The notes beneath the pieces were generated by a model that was not told the origin of the DNA, made no database searches, and worked only from the letters and a program-made list of their open reading frames with translations. A DNA stretch of 64,000 nt. Source: Macrostomum lignano (lineage: Eukaryota). Location of the stretch: positions 1 to 64,000 of the forward strand of contig NIVC01001975.1 of NCBI GenBank assembly GCA_002269645.1, written 5' to 3'. Shown in pieces: positions 1-13,000 of the stretch. How positions within the stretch are numbered: position 1 is the stretch's first letter; each line of letters opens with the position of its first letter. The position numbers and the translations under genes were made by a program.

Positions 1-251
1 TCAACGTCTAATTCAAAATCTACGGTGTCTATCATCTGAATTACTGTGCCACTCTAACGACCACTCTGCTACGATTATGACTACCCTCCCTTGGAATTGA
101 GGAACCTGCAGTCGGAGTAACAAAGGAGAAAATTCGTTGTGATTTGTTTGTGCGATTTTCTGGATTTAATTTGTGCAAACTCAACGCCGTTTGGTTTCAA
201 CCCAACTTTTCAAACTTACTAACTTTCAAATATTAAATCTTTCCCCCCACA
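1..251 (+). mobile_element. 3' part of the 5' LTR
   Basis: Direct repeat of 10814-11069. Ends ...CCCCCCACA, followed within 4 nt by the PBS. Confidence 0.85.
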
Positions 252-255
252 TCAT

Positions 256-275
256 TGGTGTCAGCTAAGTAGGAT
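256..275 (+). promoter_or_regulatory. Primer binding site, tRNA-Leu-like
   Basis: TGGTGTCAGctAAGTaGGAT just after the LTR end resembles the TGGTGTCAGAAGTGGGAT tRNA-Leu PBS common in gypsy elements. Confidence 0.7.
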
Positions 276-383
276 ACAAAACACCAAAACCCATTCGATG
301 AGTCATTCATAATCAATGGCCGTGGATGCGATAGCGACGCCACAGGCCCCGACAATTCAGCGACGAGACCGACATACGACAAG

Positions 384-1625
384 ATGATCTGTGCAGTGAC
401 CAAAGAGGTGCGACGGCGTCTGGAGCAGGCCAACTTGGGACAGCCGCAACACCATCACCACGTGTATCAGCCGCCCCAACAGCCTGACCAAGCTCCAGCG
501 CCAAAACCGGTCAAGATTCAGCAGTACACCCCAAACCAGGACTATGACGTCTGGATCCAAGCTCTCAAGGAGTGTTGCGAGCTCAACGGGATCGTGGATG
601 ACAGACAAAAGAAGGCAGAAGTCCTAGTAAACTTGGACATCACCACAACCTATCCCGCAGTTGTCAAGATGGAGCTGCCAGACAATCTGACGTTCAACGA
701 GTTCAAACAGCAATTGTCTAAGCGCTTCACGCACGTGGCCAACACACTGGAGTATTGCGAGCAATTCCGGTCCTGCCAGCAAGGCAAGAATGAGAGCGTT
801 GACGACTACGGAGATCAACTAATTGCTCTGGCTGATAGAGCATTCCCGCACTTCACCCCGGTTCAGAAGCAGGCCGAACTAGTGGACTAGTTCACCGTGG
901 GGGTGCAAATTGTCTAGTCAGCTAAAGAGCAGCTGACTGCCATGTCTGACCGCCGCGAGAAGGGCTGTGCTATGCCTAGAGACAGCAGCTAGCCTGGCTC
1001 AGCGAGTAGCACCGCCACCAGCTGTGAGACACATTCGGGTTCTTGAGGATGACAACAGTCAGATGCCCACTGGGGTGCAACACAACGCCAAGTCATCTTG
1101 GCCCAAAGAGAATTGGTTGCGTGAAGTGATGGAACAACAAGCCGAGACCCTGCAAGAGCAGCGACGAATTTTGGAGACTCTGAGTAACGAGATGCGAGAG
1201 TTCTACTCGCGGGGGTTGCGCGACAATGACACCCCGGAGCCATGGGAACCAGCTCACCACCAGCCGCGGGACTTGTGGGCCAACACTCCAGATGTTTGGT
1301 ACCTTAGACTCCTTGCCGCAGCGCTGACGGAAGCGCCCAATTTATGACACCCGGCACACAAATTGTGCAACATGACCAGTTCCATTGACTTCAGCAACCG
1401 CGAGATGGCAGCAATCTGCTGCCAAGGACGCTGCCAGCAGGAGGTCAATGTCAACAACAACAGCAGCCGCATCAGCAGCAGCAGCAACAGCAGCAGCGGC
1501 AGCCGCAGTTGAGTTTGCGCCCGCCACCTTATCAACAGCGGCAGAGTGCCATGTGTTACAGATGCAATCGCAAGCACCGCACCAATGAGTGCCCGCACCG
1601 ACAGTCAGCTAGCACCGCATCCTAG
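384..1625 (+). pseudogene. gag: gag (capsid-like region, polyQ tract, zinc knuckle), interrupted by stops
   Basis: ORF 384-890 has retrotransposon-gag-like ...FRSCQQGKNESVDDYGDQLIALADRAFP. A later frame reads QQQQQPHQQQQQQQQ...CYRCNRKHRTNEC (C-x2-C-x3-H-x4-C at about 1554-1592). Confidence 0.75.
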
Positions 1626-1799
1626 CGCAATGGCAGCTTGGGAAATGGGACGGCTCGATGCGCCATTGGGGCAGCGCCATCTAGCAGCTGAGCCAGCAAT
1701 TAAGTCCCTGCCGAGGACTTTAGTCGCTTAGCAGGCCACTGCTGAGACTGCCTCCGCACCTGTACAGACATCTGCACCCAAGTGCCCGCAAAGGGATCC

Positions 1800-4700
1800 A
1801 TTTCTAACTGGTGAGATTCAAGGGCATTATTTTGCTTTTCTGCTTGACACCGGGTCCAAGTGCGAAGTCCTCAGATTCAGCACCTGGCACCAACTAAGTA
1901 CCAATGACCCAACCCTGCGTGGCCAAATTGAGCCCTGCCTGTAGCGCATTGTGACCTACAATGGCAAACCTATTCAGATGGCAGGCCAGCTTTCTATCAA
2001 GGTGAAGATTGGTAATTTCGAGCCAACAGTCAAGTTTCTGCTAGCGAAGGGATCTCATGACAACATCCTGGGTTTCGAGTTCTTGGAAAAGTATAGCAAG
2101 TCTCTAGATCTCGCAGCCGGGATGCTGTTCTTCAAGGATGGCACTACCATACCACTCTGCTACACGCGAGCCAAAGCAACAACGTGCAGAATTTAAACGG
2201 CTAAGAGCACAATTGTGCCGCCATTATCATCAGCCCAAATCAAGATTAAACTAGCAAAAGAGCGAGAAGAAAACCAGGGTACACCCGCTGTGATCGAGCT
2301 GCTGAAACTGGCTCGGCACGAGGAAGATGTGCAGCACCTGGATGCTGTGCCTGCCCTAATATCTATGGCCAATGGAGAAGGCGCAATCAAAATGATTAAT
2401 CGAGGAACAACATCAATCAAAGTGCAAGCAAATGCCCTAGTTGGGATTGCGAGGCCAATCAGACTGCCCGAGTTATATTTCTTCCCACTGCCAAAGCCAG
2501 AAGCCTGTGTCAATCAAGTGCAGGATGAGAATCCCAACGCGTGGATCAAGGAGATCGACATCAGCAAGGAGCTGTCCAGTGACCAGCGCACTCAGGTCAT
2601 CGAGCTATTGAAGAAGTACAAGAAAATCCTCTCCCAGGGGCCACACAATCTCGGCCAAACTCACCTGGTCACCCACAGTATTGTGCTAAAGGACACTAAT
2701 CCAGTGCATCTTCCGACACAAAGGATCCCGCCGCATCTGCTGCCCAAGGTGGACCAGCTTCTTGATGATCTACTTGCAAAAGGCGTGATTAGACCGAGCT
2801 TCTCCAGCTACAACACCCTGCTGGTGATCATCCCGAAGAAGGATGGCAGCCTAAGAATTGTATGAGATTTCCGCAGTCTGAATCAAAAGTGTGAGTACTT
2901 TCCGTACCCGATTCCTAACATCCAAGAAGCATTCGCCAGCCTCGAAGGGAGCCAGCTATTTAGCACGTTCGATCTCAATAGCGGCTACTACCAAATCCCT
3001 CTGCCTCCAGAGGATCAAGACTGACTGCCTTCGCTACGCTGCACCGCGGACAATTTGCCTATAACATCATGCCAATGGGACTAAGTTCAGCATGAGCCAG
3101 CTTCATGCGGCTTATGAATGATGTGCTCAATGGGATTGCCTACAAAAGTGCAATTGCATATTTGGATGACGTCATCGTTTATTCTAAGAAGTTCAACGAC
3201 CACCTGCAGCATATGGAAGAAGTATTTAGGCAAGTCCAAGAAGCTAACTTAAAGTTCAAAGGCAAGAAGTGCCATCTATTTCCAGAAAGTCTAAACTACC
3301 TAGGACATGTGGTGACAAAGGACAGCATCAAGACCAACCTAGCTAAGATTTAGGCAATTCAGACCTGGCCAAGACCAAGAATGGCTCGGCAACTGAAGAG
3401 TTTTATCTGCACATGCACTTATTATGCAAAATTCGTACCTGGCTATGCAGAACTTGCAGCTCCGCTCCATGACCTAATCAAGGAGAAGAAGATCCAAAAC
3501 TTCAACTGTCTATAGGGAAAAGCCCAGCAAGATGCGTTTGATCAGCTCAAGGCAGCCATGACTACAACATCAGTGCTCGCGTATCCACAGTTCAGCGAGA
3601 ATCCAGAAGTAATGTTTGTCCTGGACATGGATGCTTCTGCGACCAGAATCGGAGCCTGCCTGAGCTAACGCCAAGCTGATGGGGTTGAGCACCCAATTGG
3701 TTATTTCTCTTGGCGACTAAAACTGGCCGAAGGCTGCTATCCAATTACAAAGCAGGAACTTTTGGTAGTTCTAGATGGAATGCGACATTTCTGCTTCTAC
3801 CTGCTGGCCAAGAAATTCATTTGCCGAATGGACCATGCCGCATTAACCTGGATCTTAAGGCGAATTCAACAAATAGGAATCTTTGGAAGATGGCTACAGC
3901 GCCTTAGCGAGTTCGAGATCCAGCACCGGAAGTCAAGTCAGCATCAAAATGCCGACAGCCTCTCAAGACGGCCCTAGGACAAAGCCGAATGCATGGAGGA
4001 AGCCCAGTATGAGGCCGCAGTTGAGGACCAAAGTAAGCAGCCAGCTGCGATAACTGGTGCGGTGGCGCCGAAGGTCCACGACAGCAGCCACCCTAGTCCT
4101 CCACCGAGCAAGAAGCGACCAACCCGCCGTCACCAACGAAAGCCGCCGACAAAATCAACTGAGTCCAACGGCGAGACTATGCCACCCGCAACATCGACAG
4201 CCGACAGCAAGACGCTGACAGAGCTGCATCTGCTGGCGACGAAGCTGAGGCCATCTGCCAGTCATTACGAGGACTCCCAGAGGTCACCTACCAGCTTTAG
4301 CAGCACGACATGTTGCCCGTCAAGGAGCCGCCGTCTACTAGCTGAAGGCAATGAGGACAGTGACCACAGTGCAGCCCAAGATGACTGCTGCCAACCCGCT
4401 TGCTGCCCTAAGTTCAAGAAGAGGGTGAGATTCAGCAGCGACGCCGACAGCTTTGCTGACTCATCAACATCTGCTGACGACTCCAAATCTGACAACAGTG
4501 ACGCCGAAACTACTGACGAAGATTGGCCTTCAAATTCATCAACAGCCCAGCAATTGGTCAGAGTAGCAATCATGTGGAGGGAGCTCCAGACCCCGAACCA
4601 TGCCGCCACAGCCGAAGCCACGCCAACAAATTCTACCAACAAACGCCAAACATTAAACTTAACTGATCACATCCCCAGGCCAGTCACTCGCCTTTGGGCT

Positions 4701-5800
4701 GACTCTGCCATTGCAATGATGATCAACTTAATCGAAAGTCGACAACCAAAGCCGCCGTTAAATCAGCGATTGAATTTGACACAAGATGAGCAAAATCTCT
4801 TAGCGTTTTATGAACAGCTCGAAGTCCAAGACGATGGACTATTGGTTATTCATCTTGATGATATTGGTGAGGAGGAGAAAGCGCGGATCGTTCCGCGGCT
4901 TGCCGTACTGCGGACACATGGGCCAAGACCTCACCATTGCGAAGGTGCGCGAAAGGTTCTGGCGACCTGCCCTGGCCAAGGCAGTGTCCGACTATGTCGC
5001 TTCCTGCCAGACCTGCACACGTACAATCATTCCCAGTCTGCGAAATCTATGGGCGATGCCCAATCGACATCCTGGGCCCCACTAGAGGCCCGACAGACCA
5101 AGGCAACAAGTATATCCTGACCTACGTTGACACTACATTGAAATACCCCTTTGCCTTCGCCATGAAGAATCAGCGGGCCAAGATGATTATAACTCTCCTG
5201 CAGGAACAAGTGTTTCCAATCACTGGAATTCCGGCATGGATTCACTCCAATCAAGGAAAAAAGTTCACATGGCATGAGTTCTGGCATTTCTGCGAAGTAT
5301 ATGGCATTCGACAAGAAAGTGCTCACTTGTCTTCTAGAGGACCATCAGCAATGGGACAAGATGCTGCTAGCCACTTTGACTGCACTGCGATCAGCAGTCA
5401 ACCATACAACCGGGTTCTCGCCGCATTACATTATATATGGAGTGCCCTATCAAAACCCAATTGATAATACCCTAGACTGCCTGGAAGTATAGGCTGATCT
5501 CCCGGAGTACATCGCGAAGCATCCCGGAGACTGGCTGAGACAGAGAGAATTGTACAATGCCTGCGAGCCGAGATCCAGCGCCGAGAGGAATACTACGAGA
5601 ATCGACCGAAGCCAGTGGAATTGTAGCCTGGCAACCTTGTCTGCCTGGCTAACCCGAAGCTTGAGCTAGGAGAGCTGCCCAAATTCCACCAGCTGTACAA
5701 GAGTATGTATAAGGTTGTCAAGAAGGTTGGGGAAGTCGCGTACTGGATCAGGCCTGCAACAGCTCGATGAGGATGCCCAGTGGAAGTGTTGGTGCATCGA
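1800..5800 (+). pseudogene. pol: pol (PR, RT, RNase H, integrase), multiply disrupted
   Basis: FLLDTGS protease at about 1835. RT YLDDVIVYS in ORF 3105-3353. RNase H motifs VLDMDAS..IGACL and DHAAL. Integrase HHCC region GHMG...CQTC at 4810-5085, DILGP and IHSNQGKKF core, and a C-terminal YKVVKKVGEVAYWI motif. Confidence 0.92.
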
Positions 5801-6224
5801 AACAACATCATCAGGGTGCCGCAGATGATGGCAGATCAACTGCAGGAGCTGCCGCGCCAGACCAAGTGGCCAATGCTGCCCTACGAGTCGAGCAAAGACA
5901 GCGAAGCCAAATCCGCCATTCAGCCCACTCTGGAAAAGCAGCCCGCAGCAGAGCCTGGCATGCTAGGCAGCCAGTTGTTTGAACTGAGCTTGCGCCACCC
6001 AGAGGTGCTCACCGAAGGCGACCCGGACTTGCTGGAGATCGGCATGGAAATTGAGCTCTAAGGTAATTAACTGCGAATTTTAACTGCGCAAATCTTGCTA
6101 AATTTTGTCTGCACATTACTAACAGTAGTCAACCCTGTGAACGCATTCCAAATTTAACTGCCACTGTAAGCTGTCTCTACACCTGTCATGTGCTAAAAGT
6201 CTTTTAATCTCTGTTAATTTTCTA

Positions 6225-6405
6225 ATTTTCAATTTTCCTTATGCTTTAGGGATAAAAGCAACATTAATTTTCTAATTTTTCAATTTTCCTTATGCTTGAG
6301 GGCAAAAGCAACTATTAATGTACTTTCCTTATGCTCGAGGGATAAAAGCAACATTAATTTTCTAATTTTTCAATTTTTCCTTATGCTTGAGGGATAAAAG
6401 CAAGT
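6225..6405. repeat. About 3-4 copies of a 50-60 bp unit in the element's 3' noncoding region
   Basis: Repeated TTTTCTAATTTTCAATTTTCCTTATGCTTGAGGGATAAAAGCAACATTAA. Confidence 0.8.
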
Positions 6406-7404
6406 GTACATCTGATGCTCATGTATAGTTAAGCCAGTATTTATCCAATGTGATACTATAAGCCCGCACCTCTACGTGCATATTTATCCTTAGGCTTTTT
6501 GGTAAAAGCCCGCACTATCTGCGACCATACTCATTAATATGCGATATGTTCTACTCGAATGTTTCTGCGTTGCAATAGTTCCCTATAATGTGTACGCTTG
6601 AAAGCACTTGCCTAAATGTGCTGAAAGCCCCTTTTTCATTGTTTAACAATTTAATTTGTAAACCTTTTAGCTCCCAAATTATTGAGCTGAAGGTAAATTT
6701 TCTCTCAATTTGGTAATTTTGTCTGCTTTACTCTTGTCCGGCTGGTTGAGGTCAAGCCATAGCTGTCTAGGCCTTGTCCTCAAGTCCAGTGGCATTTGAG
6801 GTGAATCTTTGCCTCGAATCTTTGTTCTGTGCAGTTGAGCCTGGGAAAATTTGTAGGGGCCATGAATCCCAACCCAGTTCCCAGAGCCTCTGCTTACCTT
6901 TTGTAACTCCTTGTTGAGAATCTACACTAAGCATTTCTTTGCTAACCTATCTATTCTGTTACTAAACCTTTAGTAAGGAGGAGCCTGCGAAACTGCCTCT
7001 TACTATTATTTTTTAAACCTGTGTTTATACTGAAGGCTCCTTTTTTCGCTAACCCATTTAATGTGAGCCATTTGGACACCCCCCATTTCAATCAATTCAG
7101 CCTGGCCCGGGCAAGGTGATTCTAAACCCCATGCCATGCGGTTATCATTTTATTGCTCCTTGATTTCACTCTCCACCCCTTTCCAAGCGTGCCCTCAGTT
7201 AGAGTACATGCGGGATGACTAATTTTCTATTTTTGGCCCATTTTGACCATTGAATGGCCCAAAACTTTGTATTTAAGTGATGGCCCCGCGCTTGGCTCAG
7301 CTTTGCGAATTTTATTCATCAGCCTCTGTGCAAACTGCATTTTCTCCGAGCAACTGTTATTCTTGCAATTTGATTTTCTCAATTGTCAACTGAGACGCTA
7401 CGAC

Positions 7405-8049
7405 ATGGCCAAATTACTGATTAATGCCATTGAAGACGTGCCCATGGTTGATTTGCCTCTAGCCGGTGCCAACTATCCTAGAGCCGTTCCGCCACCACCC
7501 GGACCCGAGGCGCCGCCAACCCGGGTCCCCTGGCTTAGCGTGGTGGAGGCAGCCGCTGTTACTGCAGGCACCAAAGCCGAGGCCGGCATGGCCGGCGCCC
7601 ACGCCCAACTGCCAGAAGCACTTGAAGAAGCTTATCATCAGGCCATCCGCCGCAGTTGAATGCAGATCAATGGGCCATGGCGGGCACACTGCCGCAGACT
7701 CGGGCCCAGCGCTTCCCAGGACATCCTCGACCGATTCCTGCAGCGAGCGGAGGTCTCTGTCCAGCAAGGAGGACGCTCCCGGCCTGCCCTAGCCATTCTG
7801 CTCGCGCTGGCATTCTGGGAGGCGGGTCACCTAGCGAATGGGTGGACACTGCACCTCCGCGCCTTTTGGGATATGGCGCTGGAAAAGCGCCCCAAGCGTC
7901 TGCACGTGAGCGCTGATTGTTCTCTCGTCGAGCTGTTAGGCTGGCCTGGCACCCAAGCTCCGAGGGCAAATGAGAACGTCCTGCCTGCTCGTGATCTGGC
8001 AGCCGGAGCTCAGCGAGGCCGACCAGCTTGTCGAGGAGGCTGTGCTTAA
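7405..8049 (+). pseudogene. Extra ORF of about 214 codons between pol and the 3' LTR; one internal TGA; unknown function
   Basis: ORFs 7243-7659 and 7660-8049 are in the same frame, separated by one TGA. It forms a GC-rich island in AT-rich flanks, with ATG at 7405 (MAKLLINAIEDVPM...). Confidence 0.55.
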
Positions 8050-8470
8050 GGACGCAACTGAATTTTAAGTGAGCCTACACAGGCAACTTAACTTATTTTG
8101 TTTCATTATTAAGCAAGCCTAATAGGCAAAATTTAAGTTTTACTAATGTTCTAATAGTTTATAAGTACAACTGTGAAGAAAACCTTTAATTTTAGTAATC
8201 TTTGTGCATAGGAGCCTGTTTACGTTTAACCATTTTAATTATTTGTCTGTTTATTTTGTGACTGCCCTGTGCCGCTGTTTGTTTTTGTGTAAATATTTAA
8301 TAAGTTTATTTTGCCTGGCAGTTCTTTAATATTGGTCGTATTATTGTTATTATTATTATTATTAATTTTTCTTTCTTTCATTGTAAGCCTGGCCAGCGCC
8401 GCTGTACGCCTGGTTAAGCTCTCTTTATTTTTCTTGTGACTGCCCCATGCATGTGGTAGGTGAGGCTACC

Positions 8471-10003
8471 GGTGTAAGACCAAGATGGTCACACACCAAG
8501 ATGGCCACAGCTGGGGTGGGGGTCACGGAAAATGACAGCTGGTTTACTATTGGATAGCTTCGGGTGGGGAGATGTGGGGTTGCAATGGGGGGAGGTTTAG
8601 ACAGGCAGTCAAAATTTTATTAGCTGCATATTGCAGGGCTAAAGACAAAAATGGTTATGAGTCTTAATTTCCTACTTATAGTAGGGCCCTAAGAGGTGTA
8701 AACGTATTTCGCATTAAACAAATCTCTTCTTCATATAAAATCTGGTGTAGCTTTTTTCCATTTCTCTTATTGGTCGAGACTAATTTACTTGTTTAAAGGG
8801 ATAAAAACTGGGTAAATTTCATGCCCTGTTCAAAATTCATCTGTCTCATTCACTGACAGCAGTCTAAGCACTTAGATATAAAATGGCTGGCGCATATCCA
8901 TGTGTGGTCTGTCTGCAGCCAGTTTACAATGGACAAGATGCAATTGAGTGTTCTCAATGCTTGAATTGGCAGCACCATGCATGTGATAGTCGCGTCACAA
9001 TCGATCAATATTCTGCAATGAGAAATGTTGGTGAGTTTTTCTGGCTTTGCAATCAATGCAACAGACGGGCTCCTGCAGGTAACTTAGCAGTGTCTCAAGC
9101 TGCAGATGCTGCAGTGGTACATGTACAAGCCCCGAATTCTGGACCAGCGGCTGTTCCTCTGCCTGCTGAAAATCCAGGACCAGTTCATTTGATTCTGGCA
9201 CAAGCTGAAAACTTTCTTTACCAGTATCTAGATTTCAATGACCCTGATCCAGCTCTGGAAGAATCCATTCAAATTCCTCCAGCAGAGCTTGCACCGCCCC
9301 GCAGCCCAACTCCCCAGCCCTTTGAGATTCTTACAGGTGCAGGATGCAGTCATGGAAAAGACCTTCTAGTGCAGTATGCCCAATGAGACCTTGGCCATCT
9401 GATGGATGAAAAAACGCGGCGAAATGGCAACATGTAATATCGCTGCACCGTTGGTATCAAGAAATAATATGAAATATCGTGAATGGGTGGCAACTGATAC
9501 AGTTTTTTTATTTTTGATTTCCACTTCTATTGAGTTCACATACGAGCCGTATTCTGTTGTTTGAGTTGAATACAAAAGGTAGGCGGGGTTGCTGTCAATT
9601 CAAGCTTGAATGAGCAAAGAGTTAATTTATGGTCAAACAGTCCTCACACTGCTCCCCTAGTGGTGGTGATGCCTCACGGATTGTTACACTCAAGCACACC
9701 CGTCAGTTTTAGTATATTGAGATAGGTTTGAAACTATTATCTATGATACAAAAATCAAATGTCTTGTGCTAGTAGTGCTACTAGCTTTAGTAGGTAGTAA
9801 TACCTGCTGTAAAGGGAAGTGTTCTTTGTTTTACTTAGTCTAATTTCACTAACGAAATCTGTTTTCTCCGAGACTTGAAGCTACGTCATACCCCACCCCA
9901 ATCACAGCCAATAGGAAATGAGGAAATATATAGACCTACTCCTATCCAAGCAGCCATTCAGAGCTGTGGCCATCTTGGTGTGTGGCCATCTTGGTCATGC
10001 GCC
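8471..10003 (+). mobile_element. Non-autonomous Mutator/MULE-like DNA transposon (1533 bp)
   Basis: About 42-bp TIRs: GGTGTAAGACCAAGATGGTCACACACCAAGATGGCCACAGCT at 8471 and its near reverse complement at 9962-10003. Exact 8-bp TSD AGGCTACC at 8463-8470 and 10004-10011. Confidence 0.85.
8883..9386 (+). CDS. PHD-finger protein (N-terminus of a truncated MULE-type transposase)
   Basis: CVVC-x12-CSQC-x4-H-x2-C...W-L-CNQC is a canonical C4HC3 PHD. The tail (FEILTGAGCSHGKDLLV, then YRCTV after stops) resembles a decayed FLYWCH-type domain. Confidence 0.75.
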   Translation: MAGAYPCVVCLQPVYNGQDAIECSQCLNWQHHACDSRVTIDQYSAMRNVGEFFWLCNQCNRRAPAGNLAVSQAADAAVVHVQAPNSGPAAVPLPAENPGPVHLILAQAENFLYQYLDFNDPDPALEESIQIPPAELAPPRSPTPQPFEILTGAGCSHGKDLLVQYAQ

Positions 10004-13000
10004 AGGCTACCATGGTGTTTTTTTTGTGTTTGTCCCTGGGTTTGGCCCACTTTGTCCACCATGAGGTGCAAATGAAGTAGTCCAGCCATTTCCTGTTCCC
10101 AGGTTTGCCCCTTTGGTTGGTCCCACTGTTGCACCCTTGTGTGGTCTGTTCTTTCCCGTCTGGGGTCCCCCTTTGTGGCCCGACCCCCATGCTCTCATTT
10201 ACTTGTGTCTAATTTTTGTCTATTATTTTGTTGTGCCAATCAATGTACCACTGTTGAATTCCGGTTATGGCCCCAGTGTTGGCCTTTGCTTATCCCAATT
10301 GATGCCCATACAATTTGGCTCAATATTTAATGTATGCAAAATTTTAGTGTTCAACCATGCTTTCTCTCTTTCTCTTTTGCTCTTGCTTTTCCACTTTCCC
10401 TTTTAACTTTTCCTTTCTCAATCTATTGCTTCTACCTTTCTATACTTTGGAAACTTTGTTTATCCATTCATTAATAAGCTTTGGATTTTGTGGTAATAAT
10501 TTAGCACCCTGGCATGCTGGTTCAGTCTCGCTGTTCCAAATTTAGCTCTCTGTCGCATTAATAATTACTAGATACCATCCTATGCCAACCATTAAAATTT
10601 ACTTGCCATTAAACTTAATAAACCTTAATAAGTGCTGTTTAATTTTCTTATCAATTAACTGAAGCCTTGTTAGTCTATATTAAGTCATTTGCCCATGGGG
10701 CGTAACACAACCAAGTTCTCAACTCAAAGAAAGTCTGAGACTTCAACGTTCCGTAATACGTAAATTATGGTGGTGGCAGCTCTACCCTACTGAAAGTAAG
10801 CAATTCAGCGAATTCAACATCTAATTCAAAATCTACGGTGTCTATCATCTGAATGACTGTTCCGCTCTTATGACCACTCTGCTACAATTACGACTACCCT
10901 CCCCTTGGATTTGAGGAACCTGGCAGTCGGAGTAACAAAAGAGAAAATTTGTTGTGATTTGTCTACACGATTTTCTGGATTTAATTTGTGCGAACTCAAC
11001 GCCGTTCAGTTTTGAAGAAACCCAAGTTTTAAAACTTACCAACTTTCAAATATTAAATCTTCCCCCCACCTAATTATTAATGTTAAAAATTGAAAAGAAT
11101 ATTAGAAACAGGTAGAGTAAAACAAAGATACTTTTAGTAAACTGTATTATTAACCTGGTACATGGACCCTCTTAACGGCGGAACACTATTATGAAAATAT
11201 ATGTATTATATTTTATAATAAATGTGTTTTCCTAGATTTGGCACACATTCAAAATGAGTTATACAGTTATCAATTTTATAATAAAAGAATTGGGAAGGGC
11301 CCTGCACATATATAAATAGCCATTATAGGAGGGCCTAGGCCCTACTTTATTTCTATAGGAAGTGAGAAGCTGTTTAACAATGAGCAAGCAATCACCTATC
11401 AGGGCTGAGGGCTGTCACTATAAATTTGGACTCTGAGCCTAAGGACAATAAGAAAACCTTGTTTGTTTATATTGTAGCAAGCTATAAAATTTTGTTTTGA
11501 TTAAGTATTTATATATTCCAATAGATAGGGCCTATCCAATAGATAAATATATTATCCAATGGACTAGGCCTATTTGATAAATTGAGTCACACTTATAGGA
11601 GTATCTCTGCCTATGTCTCTTCCCAAACAAGGCCTTAGGGAACTTCCTCTACACTGTACTGGGTGTCAAATTATTAGGCCCTATTAACTGTAGACTAGGC
11701 CTAGGCATAACAAAACTAGATAGTTCATAGTTGCTTCCCTGTTATCCCTTTATTATGTCACTAAGGCCTACAAATCACAAAGTTACTTAACAGTTATTAT
11801 TTTCAACATAAATAGGCCCTAATTTTAATTTAACATGCGAAACTACAGGACAGCTAGATATGTAGATGTGTCAATAATCCTAGTTTTTAAGTAGGCCTAA
11901 AAGAGATTGCACTATGAGCCTTATAAAATCGCACCCTGAAATTTGGTACAAGGCGCGATTTCGCACCTTTTCTCTGGCGAAATAAACCCAGGTCATAATC
12001 ATAATCATAAATATAGCACATTTGACATTTAAAATACAATCGCATGAGTGCGACTAGGCCTTTAGTCCTAGATAGGCCTAGGCGGCTAGGCCTACAAATA
12101 AGATAGCGTTTGGCACCTAGTCCTAAACAAAGGGCCTAAGGGCTCTAAGGCGTACTTCAAGCTTCATTTCTAATCATTTAAAAACCTATAATCAAACTTA
12201 TACAACAGTGATAGTCATGGTTGGTTATTTATGACAGAGTACAAGGCGAGGTGCGTGGGCATGATGAAAAAACTTTAGTTGAGCACCAATTTTATAGCGA
12301 GTACTACTAGCTCCGGAGACCGGCGTTCATTCATTTTAAGATTTGAATCACTCAACATAGTATAACTAATGAATGATTCGAAAGCATATAATCGGCATAA
12401 TACTAAAAGTATGACCACTCCAATGGTCCTCAAGTTTTTATCAATCTAATATATATTTTTAAACACTCGTAATCCTGCCATCAAAAGCACTATCACCGCT
12501 GCGACACCCCAGCTTCGTTCCTGTCCTCACAGTGACCCCATGCAATCATCAGTTAGAAAGCAAGGGCAACTCTAAAGAGCTAATTTTCATCGATGAATGC
12601 ACGCACGAATTTAACATGCAGTGTTGATCATACTTATCAGTCCTTGAGCAGCGTCTTTCCGTGATTTTCTGACAAGCGGTGTACATGTGTCAGTATTTAG
12701 CCACTATTAAAACTGAAATACCACAGATGACAGAAATTACTATTATCAAAAGCCGTAGGATCGATAGACTGAGTTCATAAGCCCTGCTCTCTAACTGTGA
12801 CTTTACGCGTATTTTGTTTTGTTGTTGTTTTTATGAGTTACAGAAAGCTACTAGGTACATATAACATTAGAAATCATACTCGTAGAAAGTACGTATTGAG
12901 CGCATGAAATTTACATCATTGTAAAAAAAAACTATTGATTGAGGTTCTTTACTTTTTGCTTTATCATCTTATAAAATGTTGATCATGGCAAATCTGCATG

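Larger units (their letters stand above)
1..11069 (+). mobile_element. Degenerate Ty3/gypsy LTR retrotransposon; left end lies outside the window
   Basis: Bases 1-250 recur at 10814-11069 (about 90% identical by eye). A PBS follows the first copy. Gag-PR-RT-RNaseH-INT occur in gypsy order with many stops and frameshifts. Confidence 0.92.
8452..11069 (+). mobile_element. 3' LTR; left boundary tentative; possibly interrupted by the MULE-like insertion
   Basis: 10814-11069 matches 1-250. TGTGG at 8452 would pair with the CCACA end, but no clear PPT precedes it, so the left edge is uncertain. Confidence 0.55.

Noticed and set aside
8561-8580. Purine run plus TGTGGGG as PPT and start of the 3' LTR (pairs with the CCCCACA end)
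   Set aside because: It lies inside the TIR- and TSD-defined MULE insertion, so it is probably coincidental.
12570-12625. ELIFIDEC..FN, resembling the first catalytic Asp of an IS630-like transposase
   Set aside because: Too short and has no supporting flanking motifs.
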